This document shows positions 16,240-25,618 of a stretch of 32,000 nucleotides of DNA, in pieces (the stretch's first letter is position 1; every line of letters begins with the position of its first letter). A model generated the notes under the pieces. It was given only the letters and a program-made list of their open reading frames with translations. It searched no databases and was not told the origin of the DNA. Where the stretch lies: positions 210,001-242,000 of the forward strand of contig CP006868.1 in NCBI GenBank assembly GCA_025340205.1. Direction: 5' to 3'. Both the position numbers and the translations under genes were made by a program. Origin of the DNA: Ignicoccus pacificus DSM 13166. Lineage in GTDB: Archaea > Thermoproteota > Thermoprotei_A > Sulfolobales > Ignicoccaceae.

Positions 16240-17397
16240 ATGCCAGCGAACTTGCCGCCGGAGGCCCAAGCGAAGCTAGCAGAGTACTCAGAGGCCAGGA
16301 CGACAGAGGCCAAGATAAAGGCATTGGAAGAATTCTTGAAGGTAGCTCCAAAGCATAAGGGAGCGGAAAACCTCCTTTACTGGGCTAAGAGAAGGCTAGC
16401 GGAGCTCAAGGAGGAGCTGGAGACCGAGAGGAGGAAGAAGAAGGGAGGAAGGAACCCCTTCGTCGTCGAGAAGGAAGGAGCAGCCCAAGTGGTGCTCTTC
16501 GGCATACCCAATTCGGGGAAGAGCTCGATAATAGCGGCAACCACCAGAGCCAAGGTAGAGGTATCTCCAAGACCCTACACGACCCTAGTTCCGGCTACCG
16601 GGATGCTCCCCTTCGAGGACATCCAATTCCAGCTAGTAGAGGCTCCCGGAGTGGCTCCCGGTGTCAACTGGATTCATAGGAGCATAGGCTTAGTAAGAAA
16701 TGCCGACGCGGTTGCCTTAGTGATAGACCTAAGTCTCAATCCCATGAAGCAATACAAGTACTTAAAGGAACTCTTGGAGGAGAGTGGAATAAGCTTGAAG
16801 AAGCCTGAGGGGAAGGTAGAGATAATAAAGGAAAGGTCAGGAGGGGTGAAAGTGGTACTACTAGGAGAAATCCTCGACGGGGATGTGGACAAGGTGAAGG
16901 AGATGCTGAGAGCTTATCGCTTGCACAGTGCCACCGTTAAGATCTATGGAAAGGTAACTATGGATGATATCGAGAAGGCCATACTGGGAACCAGTCAGTA
17001 CAAGCCCTCGATAATTCTGTTAAACAAGGCAGACGTTCCTGGAGCCAAGGAAAAGGTGGAGGAGTTCTTGAAGAGCTACGATGGAGAAGCTCCAGTACTA
17101 GTGGTTTCCGCGAAGACCAAGGAGGGACTCGACAAGCTCGGCCCAACGCTCTTCGAGCTCCTAGAGCTGGTCAGGGTCTATACCAAGAAGCCTCACGGGG
17201 ACATAGCTGATAAGCCCTTGGTGCTTAAGAAAGGAGCTAAGGTTAGGGACGTAGCAAAGTCCATCCACTCTAGGATGTTGGAGGGATTCAAGTACGCCAA
17301 GATATGGGGCCCTTCCGCCAAGTATCCCGGAGAAAGGGTAGGTCTAGATCACGAGGTTAAAGATGGAGATATAATAGAAATACATTACAAGGGTTAA
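16240..17397 (+). CDS. DRG/Obg-family GTP-binding protein with a C-terminal TGS domain
   Basis: The G1 motif is GIPNSGKSS, G4 is NKAD, and the C-terminus reads RVYTKKPHG...PLVLKKGAKVRDVAKSIHS (TGS-like). Confidence 0.85.
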   Translation: MPANLPPEAQAKLAEYSEARTTEAKIKALEEFLKVAPKHKGAENLLYWAKRRLAELKEELETERRKKKGGRNPFVVEKEGAAQVVLFGIPNSGKSSIIAATTRAKVEVSPRPYTTLVPATGMLPFEDIQFQLVEAPGVAPGVNWIHRSIGLVRNADAVALVIDLSLNPMKQYKYLKELLEESGISLKKPEGKVEIIKERSGGVKVVLLGEILDGDVDKVKEMLRAYRLHSATVKIYGKVTMDDIEKAILGTSQYKPSIILLNKADVPGAKEKVEEFLKSYDGEAPVLVVSAKTKEGLDKLGPTLFELLELVRVYTKKPHGDIADKPLVLKKGAKVRDVAKSIHSRMLEGFKYAKIWGPSAKYPGERVGLDHEVKDGDIIEIHYKG

Positions 17398-17398
17398 G

Positions 17399-17530
17399 CT
17401 ATATCGGGGGTAAAGGCAACCCTGCTACCTTGGTGAGGTAATAGTACACCATGTAGCTGAACACTATCACCATTGAGAGGTAATATATCCATATTAGCAC
17501 CGCTTTAAGCCACTCCCAGTTCTCGCTCAT
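17399..17530 (-). CDS. Possible small membrane protein (43 aa) downstream of the nuclease gene
   Basis: The ATG is preceded by ACGGTGAAGGCTCG (GGTGA, SD-like) and lies 18 nt after the nuclease stop. It has one aromatic-rich hydrophobic helix (WLKAVLIWIYYLSMVIVFSYMVYYYL). Confidence 0.4.
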   Translation of the reverse strand: MSENWEWLKAVLIWIYYLSMVIVFSYMVYYYLTKVAGLPLPPI

Positions 17531-17548
17531 CGAGCCTTCACCGTAGCC

Positions 17549-18304
17549 TCACTTTCCGGTCTCCTTTATTGTGGTTAGGTGAGCCCACGGAGCGTACGCT
17601 GCTTCAGCCGCCAGCTTACCTCCCACGACTATCATTATTACATCTCCCTTATTGCCCAAAAACCCTCCTCTGTTCCACTCCAAGGTAACAGTGTTTATTC
17701 CAGGGGTTACAGTAGCGGTAACGCTCTTCCACCTCTTGTTAATGACAGTTATAGTCGTACTTACATTGGAGCTTAAGACTACGTACTCCCTCCCCTCGTC
17801 CCTTCCAGGAGGGTTGTAGTTGAAAGTGATTAGATCTATTCCCTTGAAGGTTCCGTTGAAGATGCAAGGAACGCTCCACAGCGAGAACACCCTCCTCACG
17901 TATTCCTTCCCGAATTCCAAGAACCTCCTTTCCGGCGGAGGATAGGGATAAGGTATAGCGAGTCCTTTCTTGATGAGTTCCAAGTTGAGGTCGCTGGTGC
18001 CGTTGTTAACGACTGCTATTATCCTCTTGTATATGCCCTTCCCCAAGGGAGTTATGGTTACAGTGTGGTTTATCGATCTTCTGAGGAAATCCTTAGCTTC
18101 TTCGTAGCACTTCATCCCTCTCTCGGGAGCGTTTACAGCGTAAAGCCTCACCTTGAAGCGTTCCTTGCCCAAGGTAGCCCAGAAGGTATCCCCATCTATT
18201 ATGGTATTTACAATAACAACCAATGTCATTAGTAAGGAGAGGAGCTCTCTCAATTTCCTTACCGAGCGAGGAAAGGCGTGGTCTGTTTTGAAAAAGCCCC
18301 TCAA
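17549..18304 (-). CDS. Secreted or anchored thermonuclease (SNase-like) with a C-terminal lamin-tail (LTD) domain
   Basis: IIDGDTF...VRLYAVNAPE...EAKDFL is the SNase core. FNYNPPGRDEGREYVVLSSN is LTD-like. The N-terminus has a hydrophobic anchor. Confidence 0.8.
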   Translation of the reverse strand: MRGFFKTDHAFPRSVRKLRELLSLLMTLVVIVNTIIDGDTFWATLGKERFKVRLYAVNAPERGMKCYEEAKDFLRRSINHTVTITPLGKGIYKRIIAVVNNGTSDLNLELIKKGLAIPYPYPPPERRFLEFGKEYVRRVFSLWSVPCIFNGTFKGIDLITFNYNPPGRDEGREYVVLSSNVSTTITVINKRWKSVTATVTPGINTVTLEWNRGGFLGNKGDVIMIVVGGKLAAEAAYAPWAHLTTIKETGK

Positions 18305-18328
18305 GGACTCGGTGGGGGACAGAGAGAA

Positions 18329-18769
18329 ATGACTTCATGGACGTCCAAATCCGTGCTGGGGCTCTACGAGGGAGACGACTTCTACATCATAATAACGAAT
18401 CCCAACGAGACGGAGGCCAAGATAAGGGTCTCCCTCCAGGAGGATCCCAGCGTTAAGAAGGAGTACAAGTTAAGGTCAAGAGGTTTTATGATCATTGAGC
18501 TCCACAAGGAAAAGGAGTTCGAGGGTAAGAGGGGTATAGTTATCGTCGAGTCTGACGTGGGATTGATTATAGACTGGGGAGCCAGGCTCTGCAAGAAGTG
18601 CAAGAGATCCGCCTTGGAGCTGAGGCTGATAAGCGAGGGCCAGAAGGATGGATACAAAATAATGTATGAGTGGATATGCAAGAAGTGTGGTTACAAGGAG
18701 TTCGAGGGTACCTTGACGGCGGTGAGGAAGGATGGCGGATTGGAGCTTGCCTTCCAGCCTGCCCAGTGA
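18329..18769 (+). CDS. Hypothetical protein with a C-terminal zinc ribbon (CKKC...CKKC)
   Basis: I prefer the ATG at 18329, which is preceded by GGTGGGGG, over the track start at 18278, which would overlap the divergent nuclease gene. Two CxxC pairs lie about 30 residues apart. Confidence 0.55.
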   Translation: MTSWTSKSVLGLYEGDDFYIIITNPNETEAKIRVSLQEDPSVKKEYKLRSRGFMIIELHKEKEFEGKRGIVIVESDVGLIIDWGARLCKKCKRSALELRLISEGQKDGYKIMYEWICKKCGYKEFEGTLTAVRKDGGLELAFQPAQ

Positions 18770-20084
18770 AGGGGAGAGCCTAGAGGCGGCTAGAAGGGTA
18801 GTTGAGGAGGGTTGGAAGAGAGGGGTAAAAGCGGAGGTACTGATATTTTCCTTTGCCTCGACGAGGATCCTCGGTAGTAAGGAAGAGATTAAGATAGCCT
18901 CCGGCGAGAAGTGGGTCGGAGCGGTAAGGGTTAACGGCAGCGGGATAGCCTATTCCACCAATCCTCAAGGCCTTTTCAAAGCTCTCGAGGAGGCGATAAA
19001 GGCCTCTAAAATGCTCGGGGAAATACCATTAGCTCCCTTGGATCCCTTGGTAGACAGAGTGACTCAGAGGCTAGAGGTCCCTCCTTGGGACGTTCCTTTG
19101 GAGCAGAAGGTGAAGGATGTTAGGGACTCCTTGAAGGATGTTGAGGGTTCCATAACCTTAAACTACAGAGAAAGCTATGGCTACAAGCTCTACCTCTCCT
19201 ACGAGGGTAGGGAGATACTTCAGAGACTTTCCTATACCTTACACGCCGCCTCGGTTACCCTGAGCGAGGGAGGTAACAGGGGAAACGGCTATTGGAGCGA
19301 CGCCTCTAGAAGAGGCTATACCACCGATCCATTCAAGGTGGTTCAGAAGGCTTACTCCAAGGCTAAGAATCAACTTAGGGGGAAGAGCGTCGAGCCCGGT
19401 ACGTGGGACGTGGTCCTCATGCCTCCGGCTATAGGGGTAATGGTTCACGAGGCCTTGGGTCATATGTCTGAAGCGGACCACGTGAAAGCCGGCTCCCCCC
19501 TCAAGTTGGGGGAGAAGGTGGCCTCCGACGTGGTCAGCGTTAGCGACTCCCCCGGAAGCGGTGAGGAATGGGGATCCATATTCTACGATGATGAGGGGGT
19601 GAAGCCGAAGAAGGTGGAGATACTAAAGGAGGGGGTGGTGAGCGGCTTCTTAACAGATAGACAGCACGCTAAAGAGCTAAACCTTCCTCTGACTGGGAAC
19701 GGAAGGGTGGAGGAGCCGGGATTGAGGATATTGCCAAGGATGAGGGTTACCTACTTGGAGCCGGGAGATTGGGACGAGGAGGAGTTGATAAGGGAAATGA
19801 AGAGGGGTCTGCTAATCTACGATACCTCGGGAGGTAATGCTGAGAACGATGGAACGTTCTTCTTCATGAGTCAAGAGGCTTGGTATGTGGAGAACGGGGA
19901 GAAGGTGTTCCCTCTAAGGCCCATGGGAATGAGCGGCAACGTCTTGGAGATGTTGAAGTTCGTGAGAGGAGTGGGAAAGAGGTTGGAGTTCAGGCCCGGA
20001 ACTTGTGGAAAGTGGGGGCAGAGCGTCCCGGTGAGCGTCGGAGGAGGGGCGGCCTTAACGAAGATAAGAGTCTCTCCCGTCTAA
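18732..20084 (+). CDS. tldD: TldD-family metalloprotease
   Basis: It has the HEALGHMSEAD (HExxxH) motif, FYDDEGV, TGNGR and a C-terminal glycine-rich region, as in TldD. Confidence 0.85.
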   Translation: MADWSLPSSLPSEGESLEAARRVVEEGWKRGVKAEVLIFSFASTRILGSKEEIKIASGEKWVGAVRVNGSGIAYSTNPQGLFKALEEAIKASKMLGEIPLAPLDPLVDRVTQRLEVPPWDVPLEQKVKDVRDSLKDVEGSITLNYRESYGYKLYLSYEGREILQRLSYTLHAASVTLSEGGNRGNGYWSDASRRGYTTDPFKVVQKAYSKAKNQLRGKSVEPGTWDVVLMPPAIGVMVHEALGHMSEADHVKAGSPLKLGEKVASDVVSVSDSPGSGEEWGSIFYDDEGVKPKKVEILKEGVVSGFLTDRQHAKELNLPLTGNGRVEEPGLRILPRMRVTYLEPGDWDEEELIREMKRGLLIYDTSGGNAENDGTFFFMSQEAWYVENGEKVFPLRPMGMSGNVLEMLKFVRGVGKRLEFRPGTCGKWGQSVPVSVGGGAALTKIRVSPV

Positions 20085-20130
20085 TTCCATTTATTCAAGT
20101 CCTTAGATCTTCCTTAAAGGGTACAGGGAC

Positions 20131-21096
20131 TTGCTTCTTCAAGTAAGTAGGAGCGGCGAGAGGGAGGTAATAGAGATAATCGCCAAGCTTGCGAAGGACA
20201 AGGAAACCATTTGCGTAGTCGGCCCCTCCTCCTCTGGTAAGAGTTACTACGCGTCAAAGCTGGCCGAAGCTCTCGGAGGTACCGTAATAAGCACCGACGA
20301 TTTCTACAGAGCCGACTCGTGGAAGATTTCTGCTATACTCTCCACCTTCGACCATCCCTATCTCATAGATTGGGATCTCCTCATGAGTACCATCTACGAA
20401 GCTCGCGAGAAGGAGTACATTGAGGTCCCGATATATGATATGAGGGTCTCGGCTAGAACGGGTTACAAGAGGATCAAGGTGTCCAAACCCTTAATCATCG
20501 AGGGAATATTTGCTTCATACGGTCCTTTAAGGGAGCTCTGTGAGTTCAGGGTAGCCTTCGAAAGTCCCCTACATTTACTCTTAGCTAGAAGAATGCTTAG
20601 GGATACCAAGAGGGCTATGGAGGCCCCCTCGAGGGTCCTGGATAGAGTGGTAAGGACAGTATTCCCAATGGCGAAGTTATTTGTTGAGCCTCAAATAAAT
20701 AGTGCTGACGTTAAGGTATACAACGACTGGAGACCGGACCTTCCGGAGAAGTTGGGTAAGTGTGAGAAGGGCGAAGGAGAGGGAAACGTGGAGGGCGAGA
20801 GGAGAGTAATTAAGCTCTCGTATGAGGGCGATTCCGTTTACATTATTGAAAATTTCATAGATGATAGCGTGGAGCACTACGTCTTGGTCAGCTGGGGTGG
20901 GAAGTTTATAGGGGCAAGGGTTCACCCAGAAACAGCTTACGCCACTCTCTCCGCCCTCTCAGCACATAGGTATTCCCTAGAGTCCTACCTTCAGAAGGGG
21001 AAATGGAAGGGAGAAATCATAATAGGCAACTTAGTGAACGAGAAGACGTGGGAGGAGCTGGGTAAGAGGGTTTGCTGCAAGCTCTGCGTACCCTAA
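20131..21096 (+). CDS. Uridine kinase / phosphoribulokinase-family P-loop protein with an uncharacterised C-terminal domain
   Basis: The P-loop is GPSSSGKS. It also has STDDFYR, FDHP, VPIYDM, IIEGI and RRMLRDTKR, as in Udk-type kinases. The roughly 110-aa C-terminus is unassigned. Confidence 0.65.
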   Translation: MLLQVSRSGEREVIEIIAKLAKDKETICVVGPSSSGKSYYASKLAEALGGTVISTDDFYRADSWKISAILSTFDHPYLIDWDLLMSTIYEAREKEYIEVPIYDMRVSARTGYKRIKVSKPLIIEGIFASYGPLRELCEFRVAFESPLHLLLARRMLRDTKRAMEAPSRVLDRVVRTVFPMAKLFVEPQINSADVKVYNDWRPDLPEKLGKCEKGEGEGNVEGERRVIKLSYEGDSVYIIENFIDDSVEHYVLVSWGGKFIGARVHPETAYATLSALSAHRYSLESYLQKGKWKGEIIIGNLVNEKTWEELGKRVCCKLCVP

Positions 21097-21137
21097 GCAT
21101 TTTAACTACCCTAACTGGTCGACTAGGTTAAAACGCT

Positions 21138-22589
21138 ATGGACATAGCTCCTATGATAGCAGAAGTTGGCTTAACTCTGTTCTTGGCCAAGTTAGCTGAG
21201 GAGCTGGTCCTCCGCTTCGGCCTCCCGGGCCTCCTGGGTCCCCTGACCGTAGGCATATTGCTCTCCGAGACCCCTCTGAGGGCCGAGTACTCCTTCTCTC
21301 CCTTCCTGTTCTTGGTAGGCATAAGCTTCACCGCCTTCTTGTTGGGATCCGGCGAGCTGGCTTTCCAGCTTATGGAAGCAGGAAGGAGGGCCTTCCTCAA
21401 AGGAATATTCCTCTTTCTTATTTCATTCATACCCATAGCATCGGTACTCTGTTTGGTTCTCGGATGGAGACTCGGCTTACTCTTGGCTGCGGCAATAGCC
21501 ATGACGAGTACCCCAAGGATTTACGGCATGCTCTCCCACTCCGGCCTCCTCCATCAAGCCCAAGACGTTCTCGTGGTAAGCAGCGTTACAGAGCTGGCCG
21601 GGTTGATAGTGATTCAGTACCTAACTACTATGAACTTCATGTCATTAATAACAATATTGTTGATAATAATTTTCTTTATAAAGCTAGGAAAGAGGATGTT
21701 TAGGAAGATAATGCAGATAGAGGAAGATTACTCAGCTAAGGAACTACCGCTCTCAATGCTCATAGCGATAACCATATCAGTTAGCTACTTATCAGAGCTC
21801 TTAGGCTTCAACAACGCCGTCATGTCGCTCTTGTTAGGAGTCTTAGCGGCGGAGTACTTGGCCGAGAGACCTTGGATCAAGAAGAGGTACGCAATAATAA
21901 CTCACTCCTTCTTTGAGCCGCTGTTCTTCGTCGGAGCTGGAATAAACGTCAACTTCAATGTAAACAGTCACATACTTGCTATAATAATAGCAATGAACTT
22001 GTTCAACGCCTTGCTAAAGGTAATAGGTGGAAAGGTATTGGGTTGGAGCTTCGACATTTCCTTGGCAACTGCCGTAAAAGGAGGAATAGACAGCGCGTTA
22101 CTCGCTTCAGCCTGGAGGAGAGGAGTCCTACCTCAAGACGTGTTCTCAGCAGCTATACTGGGAATTACGTTAAACACCTTCATATTTGCATTCAAATACA
22201 GAGGTAAGCCTAAGAGGGGATACATCAGGGTGTGCGAGCTACCCTTGGATAGGGCAGCTGTGGATCCGAGTGAACCCTTAAGCACTGCATACGAGATGTT
22301 GAAGACTAGACAAGCGGTGGTAGTAGTGGACGTGGACAACTGGCCTATAGGCTACTTGACGGCGGCCGACCTCCTCAAGGTGCCTTTCGACGAGCTGGAC
22401 AAATGGAGGGTGATAGAGGTCTATAGGGAAGGAGTTCCAGTGCTCCACTGCACGGAGCCAGTGAACAGGGTAATTACCCTCTTTGAAGAGGAGGAAGTCG
22501 GGCCGGTAATAGCGGTCGTCAAGGAACCCATAGGCTACGTCGGCTCCCTTTACCCAACCCAAGCCCTCAAGCTCGTGGAAAAGATGTAA
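21138..22589 (+). CDS. Cation:proton antiporter (CPA2/Kef-like) with a C-terminal CBS domain pair
   Basis: The N-terminal roughly 360 aa are polytopic (LFLAKLAEELVLRFGLPGLLGPL is typical of Na_H_exchanger proteins). The C-terminus has CBS-like repeats (AVVVVDVDNWPIGYLTAADLL; VIAVVKEPIGYVGSL). Confidence 0.8.
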   Translation: MDIAPMIAEVGLTLFLAKLAEELVLRFGLPGLLGPLTVGILLSETPLRAEYSFSPFLFLVGISFTAFLLGSGELAFQLMEAGRRAFLKGIFLFLISFIPIASVLCLVLGWRLGLLLAAAIAMTSTPRIYGMLSHSGLLHQAQDVLVVSSVTELAGLIVIQYLTTMNFMSLITILLIIIFFIKLGKRMFRKIMQIEEDYSAKELPLSMLIAITISVSYLSELLGFNNAVMSLLLGVLAAEYLAERPWIKKRYAIITHSFFEPLFFVGAGINVNFNVNSHILAIIIAMNLFNALLKVIGGKVLGWSFDISLATAVKGGIDSALLASAWRRGVLPQDVFSAAILGITLNTFIFAFKYRGKPKRGYIRVCELPLDRAAVDPSEPLSTAYEMLKTRQAVVVVDVDNWPIGYLTAADLLKVPFDELDKWRVIEVYREGVPVLHCTEPVNRVITLFEEEEVGPVIAVVKEPIGYVGSLYPTQALKLVEKM

Positions 22590-22634
22590 TATTCAAGTTT
22601 ATTAATCCTCTGCTCAAGTGAGCTCATGGCCCGT

Positions 22635-22722
22635 GCGGGGGTGCCCGAGCCTGGTCAAAGGGGTCGGGCTTAGGACCCGATGGCGTAGGCCTGCGTGGGT
22701 TCAAATCCCACCCCCCGCACCA
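22635..22722 (+). tRNA. tRNA-Leu (anticodon UAG) with a long variable arm, CCA encoded
   Basis: The sequence is GCGGGGGTGCCCGAGCCTGGTCAAAGGGGTCGGGCTTAGGACCCGATGGCGTAGGCCTGCGTGGGTTCAAATCCCACCCCCCGCACCA. The anticodon loop is CTTAGGA. A TATA-like TTTATTAA lies about 27 nt upstream. Confidence 0.95.
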
Positions 22723-22795
22723 ACCCTAAATCGTAAAGCTCAAGCTCCTTGACATCTCACGATCGCTTTTATGGTGCACCCCCTTCCCACACCCG

Positions 22796-24079
22796 GTGGT
22801 CATGTCCTTGGAGAGCCCGACTCAGATCGTGAGCGTCAAGGGAAGGTGGATCCTAGATTCTAGAGGAAATCCCACCGTTGAGGTGGACGTGGTAACGGCA
22901 TGTGGAGCCCTCGGGAGAGCTGCCGCTCCTTCCGGAGCCTCTAAGGGCTCTAGGGAAGCTCTGGAGCTTAGGGATGGTGAAAAGGCCTTCCACGGGAAGG
23001 GGGTAAGCAAGGCCGTAAAGAACGTAAACGAAGAGATAGCTAACGCCTTGAAGGGCTTGGATGCTCTCGATCAGAGGAAAGTCGATCTGACCATGATAGA
23101 GCTAGACGGTACTAGCAACAAGTCTAGACTGGGAGCTAACGCTATAGTGGCCACCAGCATGGCTGTAGCAAAGGCGGCCGCCAACTCCTTAGGTCTTCCC
23201 CTCTACAGATACCTAGGAGGTCCCTTAGCAGATGAGCTCCCGACCCCTCTCCTCAACGTGATAAACGGAGGAGAACACGCTGGAAACGACTTAGCCATCC
23301 AAGAGTTCATGATAGTTCCTTGGGACTTCTCTTCCTTCTCTGAGGCCTTACAAGCAGCCTCGGAGATCTACCATACCTTGAAGGGATACCTAAAGGAGAG
23401 GTATGGAAAGAGCGCGATTAACGTGGGGGACGAGGGAGGCTTCGCCCCTCCTATGAAGGAGACGAGGGAAGCCTTGGACGCCTTGGTGGAGGCGATAAAG
23501 GAGTCTGGCTATGAAGGCAGAGTCGCCCTAGCCCTCGACGCGGCCGCCACGCACTTCTACGACCCTAACAAGGACGTTTACGTAATTGATGGACAAGAGC
23601 TTGATAGAGAGGGACTCTTGGAGTTCTACGAGAAGCTCATACAAGAGTATCCCATAGTGAGCATCGAAGATCCTCTACAAGAAAACGACTGGGAAGGTTT
23701 CAAGGAAGCCGTCAAGAGGCTGAAGGTAAGGATAGTTGGAGACGACTTGCTGGTAACTCACCCCGACCTCGTAGCCAAGGCGATAAAGGAGGGGGCGGCT
23801 AACGCTGTGTTAGTTAAGGTAAACCAAGTGGGAACGGTTAGCGAGGCTTGGGACGTAGTGGACATGGCCCATCGCTCCAAGTGGGCTGCTATAGTAAGCC
23901 ACAGATCGGGAGAAACGGAGGACACCTTCATAGCAGACTTCGCGGTAGGAGTGGGAGCCAAGGCCATCAAGACCGGAGCTCCGGCGAGGGGGGAGAGGAC
24001 CGCTAAGTATAACAGGCTCTTGAGGATAGAGGAAGAGCTCAGCACTCCTAGGTTTGCCAGAAACAAGTACTTCCTCTAA
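22796..24079 (+). CDS. eno: Enolase
   Basis: The SRGNPTVEVDV, SHRSGETED and KTGAPARGERTAKYN motifs are present. The start may be the ATG at 22802. Confidence 0.95.
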   Translation: MVMSLESPTQIVSVKGRWILDSRGNPTVEVDVVTACGALGRAAAPSGASKGSREALELRDGEKAFHGKGVSKAVKNVNEEIANALKGLDALDQRKVDLTMIELDGTSNKSRLGANAIVATSMAVAKAAANSLGLPLYRYLGGPLADELPTPLLNVINGGEHAGNDLAIQEFMIVPWDFSSFSEALQAASEIYHTLKGYLKERYGKSAINVGDEGGFAPPMKETREALDALVEAIKESGYEGRVALALDAAATHFYDPNKDVYVIDGQELDREGLLEFYEKLIQEYPIVSIEDPLQENDWEGFKEAVKRLKVRIVGDDLLVTHPDLVAKAIKEGAANAVLVKVNQVGTVSEAWDVVDMAHRSKWAAIVSHRSGETEDTFIADFAVGVGAKAIKTGAPARGERTAKYNRLLRIEEELSTPRFARNKYFL

Positions 24080-24657
24080 AACAACTTCCCTTGTTTGTAA
24101 ATCATGTTATAAGCCTTCTTTATGTCCATAAAGAATTCCTCTTTTAAGGACCTCCTCCTGAGGACCGCGGCTGGATGATAGGTTACCAAGACTTTAGCGC
24201 TAATTCCTCCCAACTTCGCTTTATAGACCTTCCCCCTCGCCTCCTTTAAAGGAACATCGAACCCGAGTATTCCCTTCATCGCAGTCTTTCCTAGCGCTAC
24301 AAGCAACTCTGGCTTCAAGCACTTAACTTCATCAATTAAGAACCTCTTACATATCTCAATTTCCGTTGACTTGGGAGTTCTATTATTTGGAGGCCTGCAC
24401 TTCACCACATTAGTTATATGATATTCCTTGAAACCGGCTTCCTCCATTGCTTCTCTTAACAGCTTACCGGCCCTTCCCACGAAGGGCCTTCCTTGTAAGT
24501 CCTCCTCTCTACCGGGAGCCTCTCCTACGAAGAAGACCTTTGGCGATCCAACGGTTTCAGGGGGAACTGGCTGTGTTCTAGTCTTGCAAAGGTCGCAAGA
24601 GCAGCAAGATCTTATCGCTTCCCTTATTCCTTCCAAACAGTCCAAAGAAAGGGTCAC
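24076..24657 (-). CDS. udg: Uracil-DNA glycosylase, family 4 (Fe-S)
   Basis: The CSCDLC Cys cluster, GEAPGREEDLQGRPFVGRAGKLL and HPAAVLR are family-4 UDG signatures. Confidence 0.9.
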   Translation of the reverse strand: MTLSLDCLEGIREAIRSCCSCDLCKTRTQPVPPETVGSPKVFFVGEAPGREEDLQGRPFVGRAGKLLREAMEEAGFKEYHITNVVKCRPPNNRTPKSTEIEICKRFLIDEVKCLKPELLVALGKTAMKGILGFDVPLKEARGKVYKAKLGGISAKVLVTYHPAAVLRRRSLKEEFFMDIKKAYNMIYKQGKLF

Positions 24658-24663
24658 CGGAGG

Positions 24664-25581
24664 TTAGGGGGTAACCTCTACCATAAACTCTAAGTCTTCC
24701 GGTAAGATACCTATTCCTTCCTCCACTGGTAAGCTCTTTGCTTCTCTTCTGCCTCTCTTTGTCGTAAAGTGATAGGCCCTTACCTCTGCTGCTGACAGTT
24801 CTTCCTTTTCAACGAGTCCACTTATCGCATATAGAGGAGCAGAGCGGTAACTGACCAGTATTATATGAGCTCCCTTGTCTATTACTTTCCTTATTAAACT
24901 TTGGACGTACTCCTTTGCTTTCTTTACGGGTTTGAAGACGCCAGGATCTTCGATATACAGTAAGTCATCTTTCTCGAGATCGTTTACCACCTTACTTAAG
25001 AGCTTCTCATCAATGGGTGAGTTCCTAATGGTTCTCGGATCCTCAATCAAATTGCTGAGTTTTTCGAGCTTGTTCAAGAGCAATTCGAAACATTCTTCTT
25101 GAGTTTCAGCGATGTGATAAGGCGGGACTATGCTGTTAAGGAAGAATCTGACAGGGGCCCAGGTGTACTCTATCAAACTTTCCATGGCTATTAGGGAGGA
25201 AGGAGATCGAACCCTGAGCAGATTAAGTAGGGTCTTTAGTATTCCTACTCTCTCTGAAGGCAAGAAAGCTGTTCGAAGCCAGATGGGTTTACCCACAATA
25301 AAGCTCATTTTCTGGTCGTCAAGTTCGAGTGAGATATCATTGAGTAAAATGGAGGAATTGTTGTCCATGATCGAATACGGTTTTGTTCCAAAGAGCCTCA
25401 AGAAGGCTAGGTATGGATCTTTTATCTGAGATGCCAAGTTGAGGGCCACGATGCTTCTGCCAACTTCGAATACGCCGGAGTCATCACTTCCTATGAATAA
25501 GTTCACTTTGGAGAGCTCTATCTCTAACTCCTCAAACGCCAAAGCTCCCTTGATCCTGAATACGTTCAAGGACTCTCCCAC
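24664..25581 (-). CDS. Hypothetical protein with an ABC/SMC-like ATPase architecture but degenerate catalytic motifs
   Basis: 305 aa with a GTG start. The N-terminus LNVFRIKGALAFEELEIELSKVNLFIGSDDSGVF mimics the AAA_15/21 pattern (i.ikNF..f....i.l...n.liG.NgsGKS) but lacks the GK[ST]. The C-terminus has LLYIEDPGVF and HIILVSYRSAP in place of lliDEPE and tTHSP. Confidence 0.6.
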   Translation of the reverse strand: MGESLNVFRIKGALAFEELEIELSKVNLFIGSDDSGVFEVGRSIVALNLASQIKDPYLAFLRLFGTKPYSIMDNNSSILLNDISLELDDQKMSFIVGKPIWLRTAFLPSERVGILKTLLNLLRVRSPSSLIAMESLIEYTWAPVRFFLNSIVPPYHIAETQEECFELLLNKLEKLSNLIEDPRTIRNSPIDEKLLSKVVNDLEKDDLLYIEDPGVFKPVKKAKEYVQSLIRKVIDKGAHIILVSYRSAPLYAISGLVEKEELSAAEVRAYHFTTKRGRREAKSLPVEEGIGILPEDLEFMVEVTP

Positions 25582-25618
25582 AGAAGGTGGGAGAGGGGTG
25601 GTTAAAGGTTAGCGTAGA

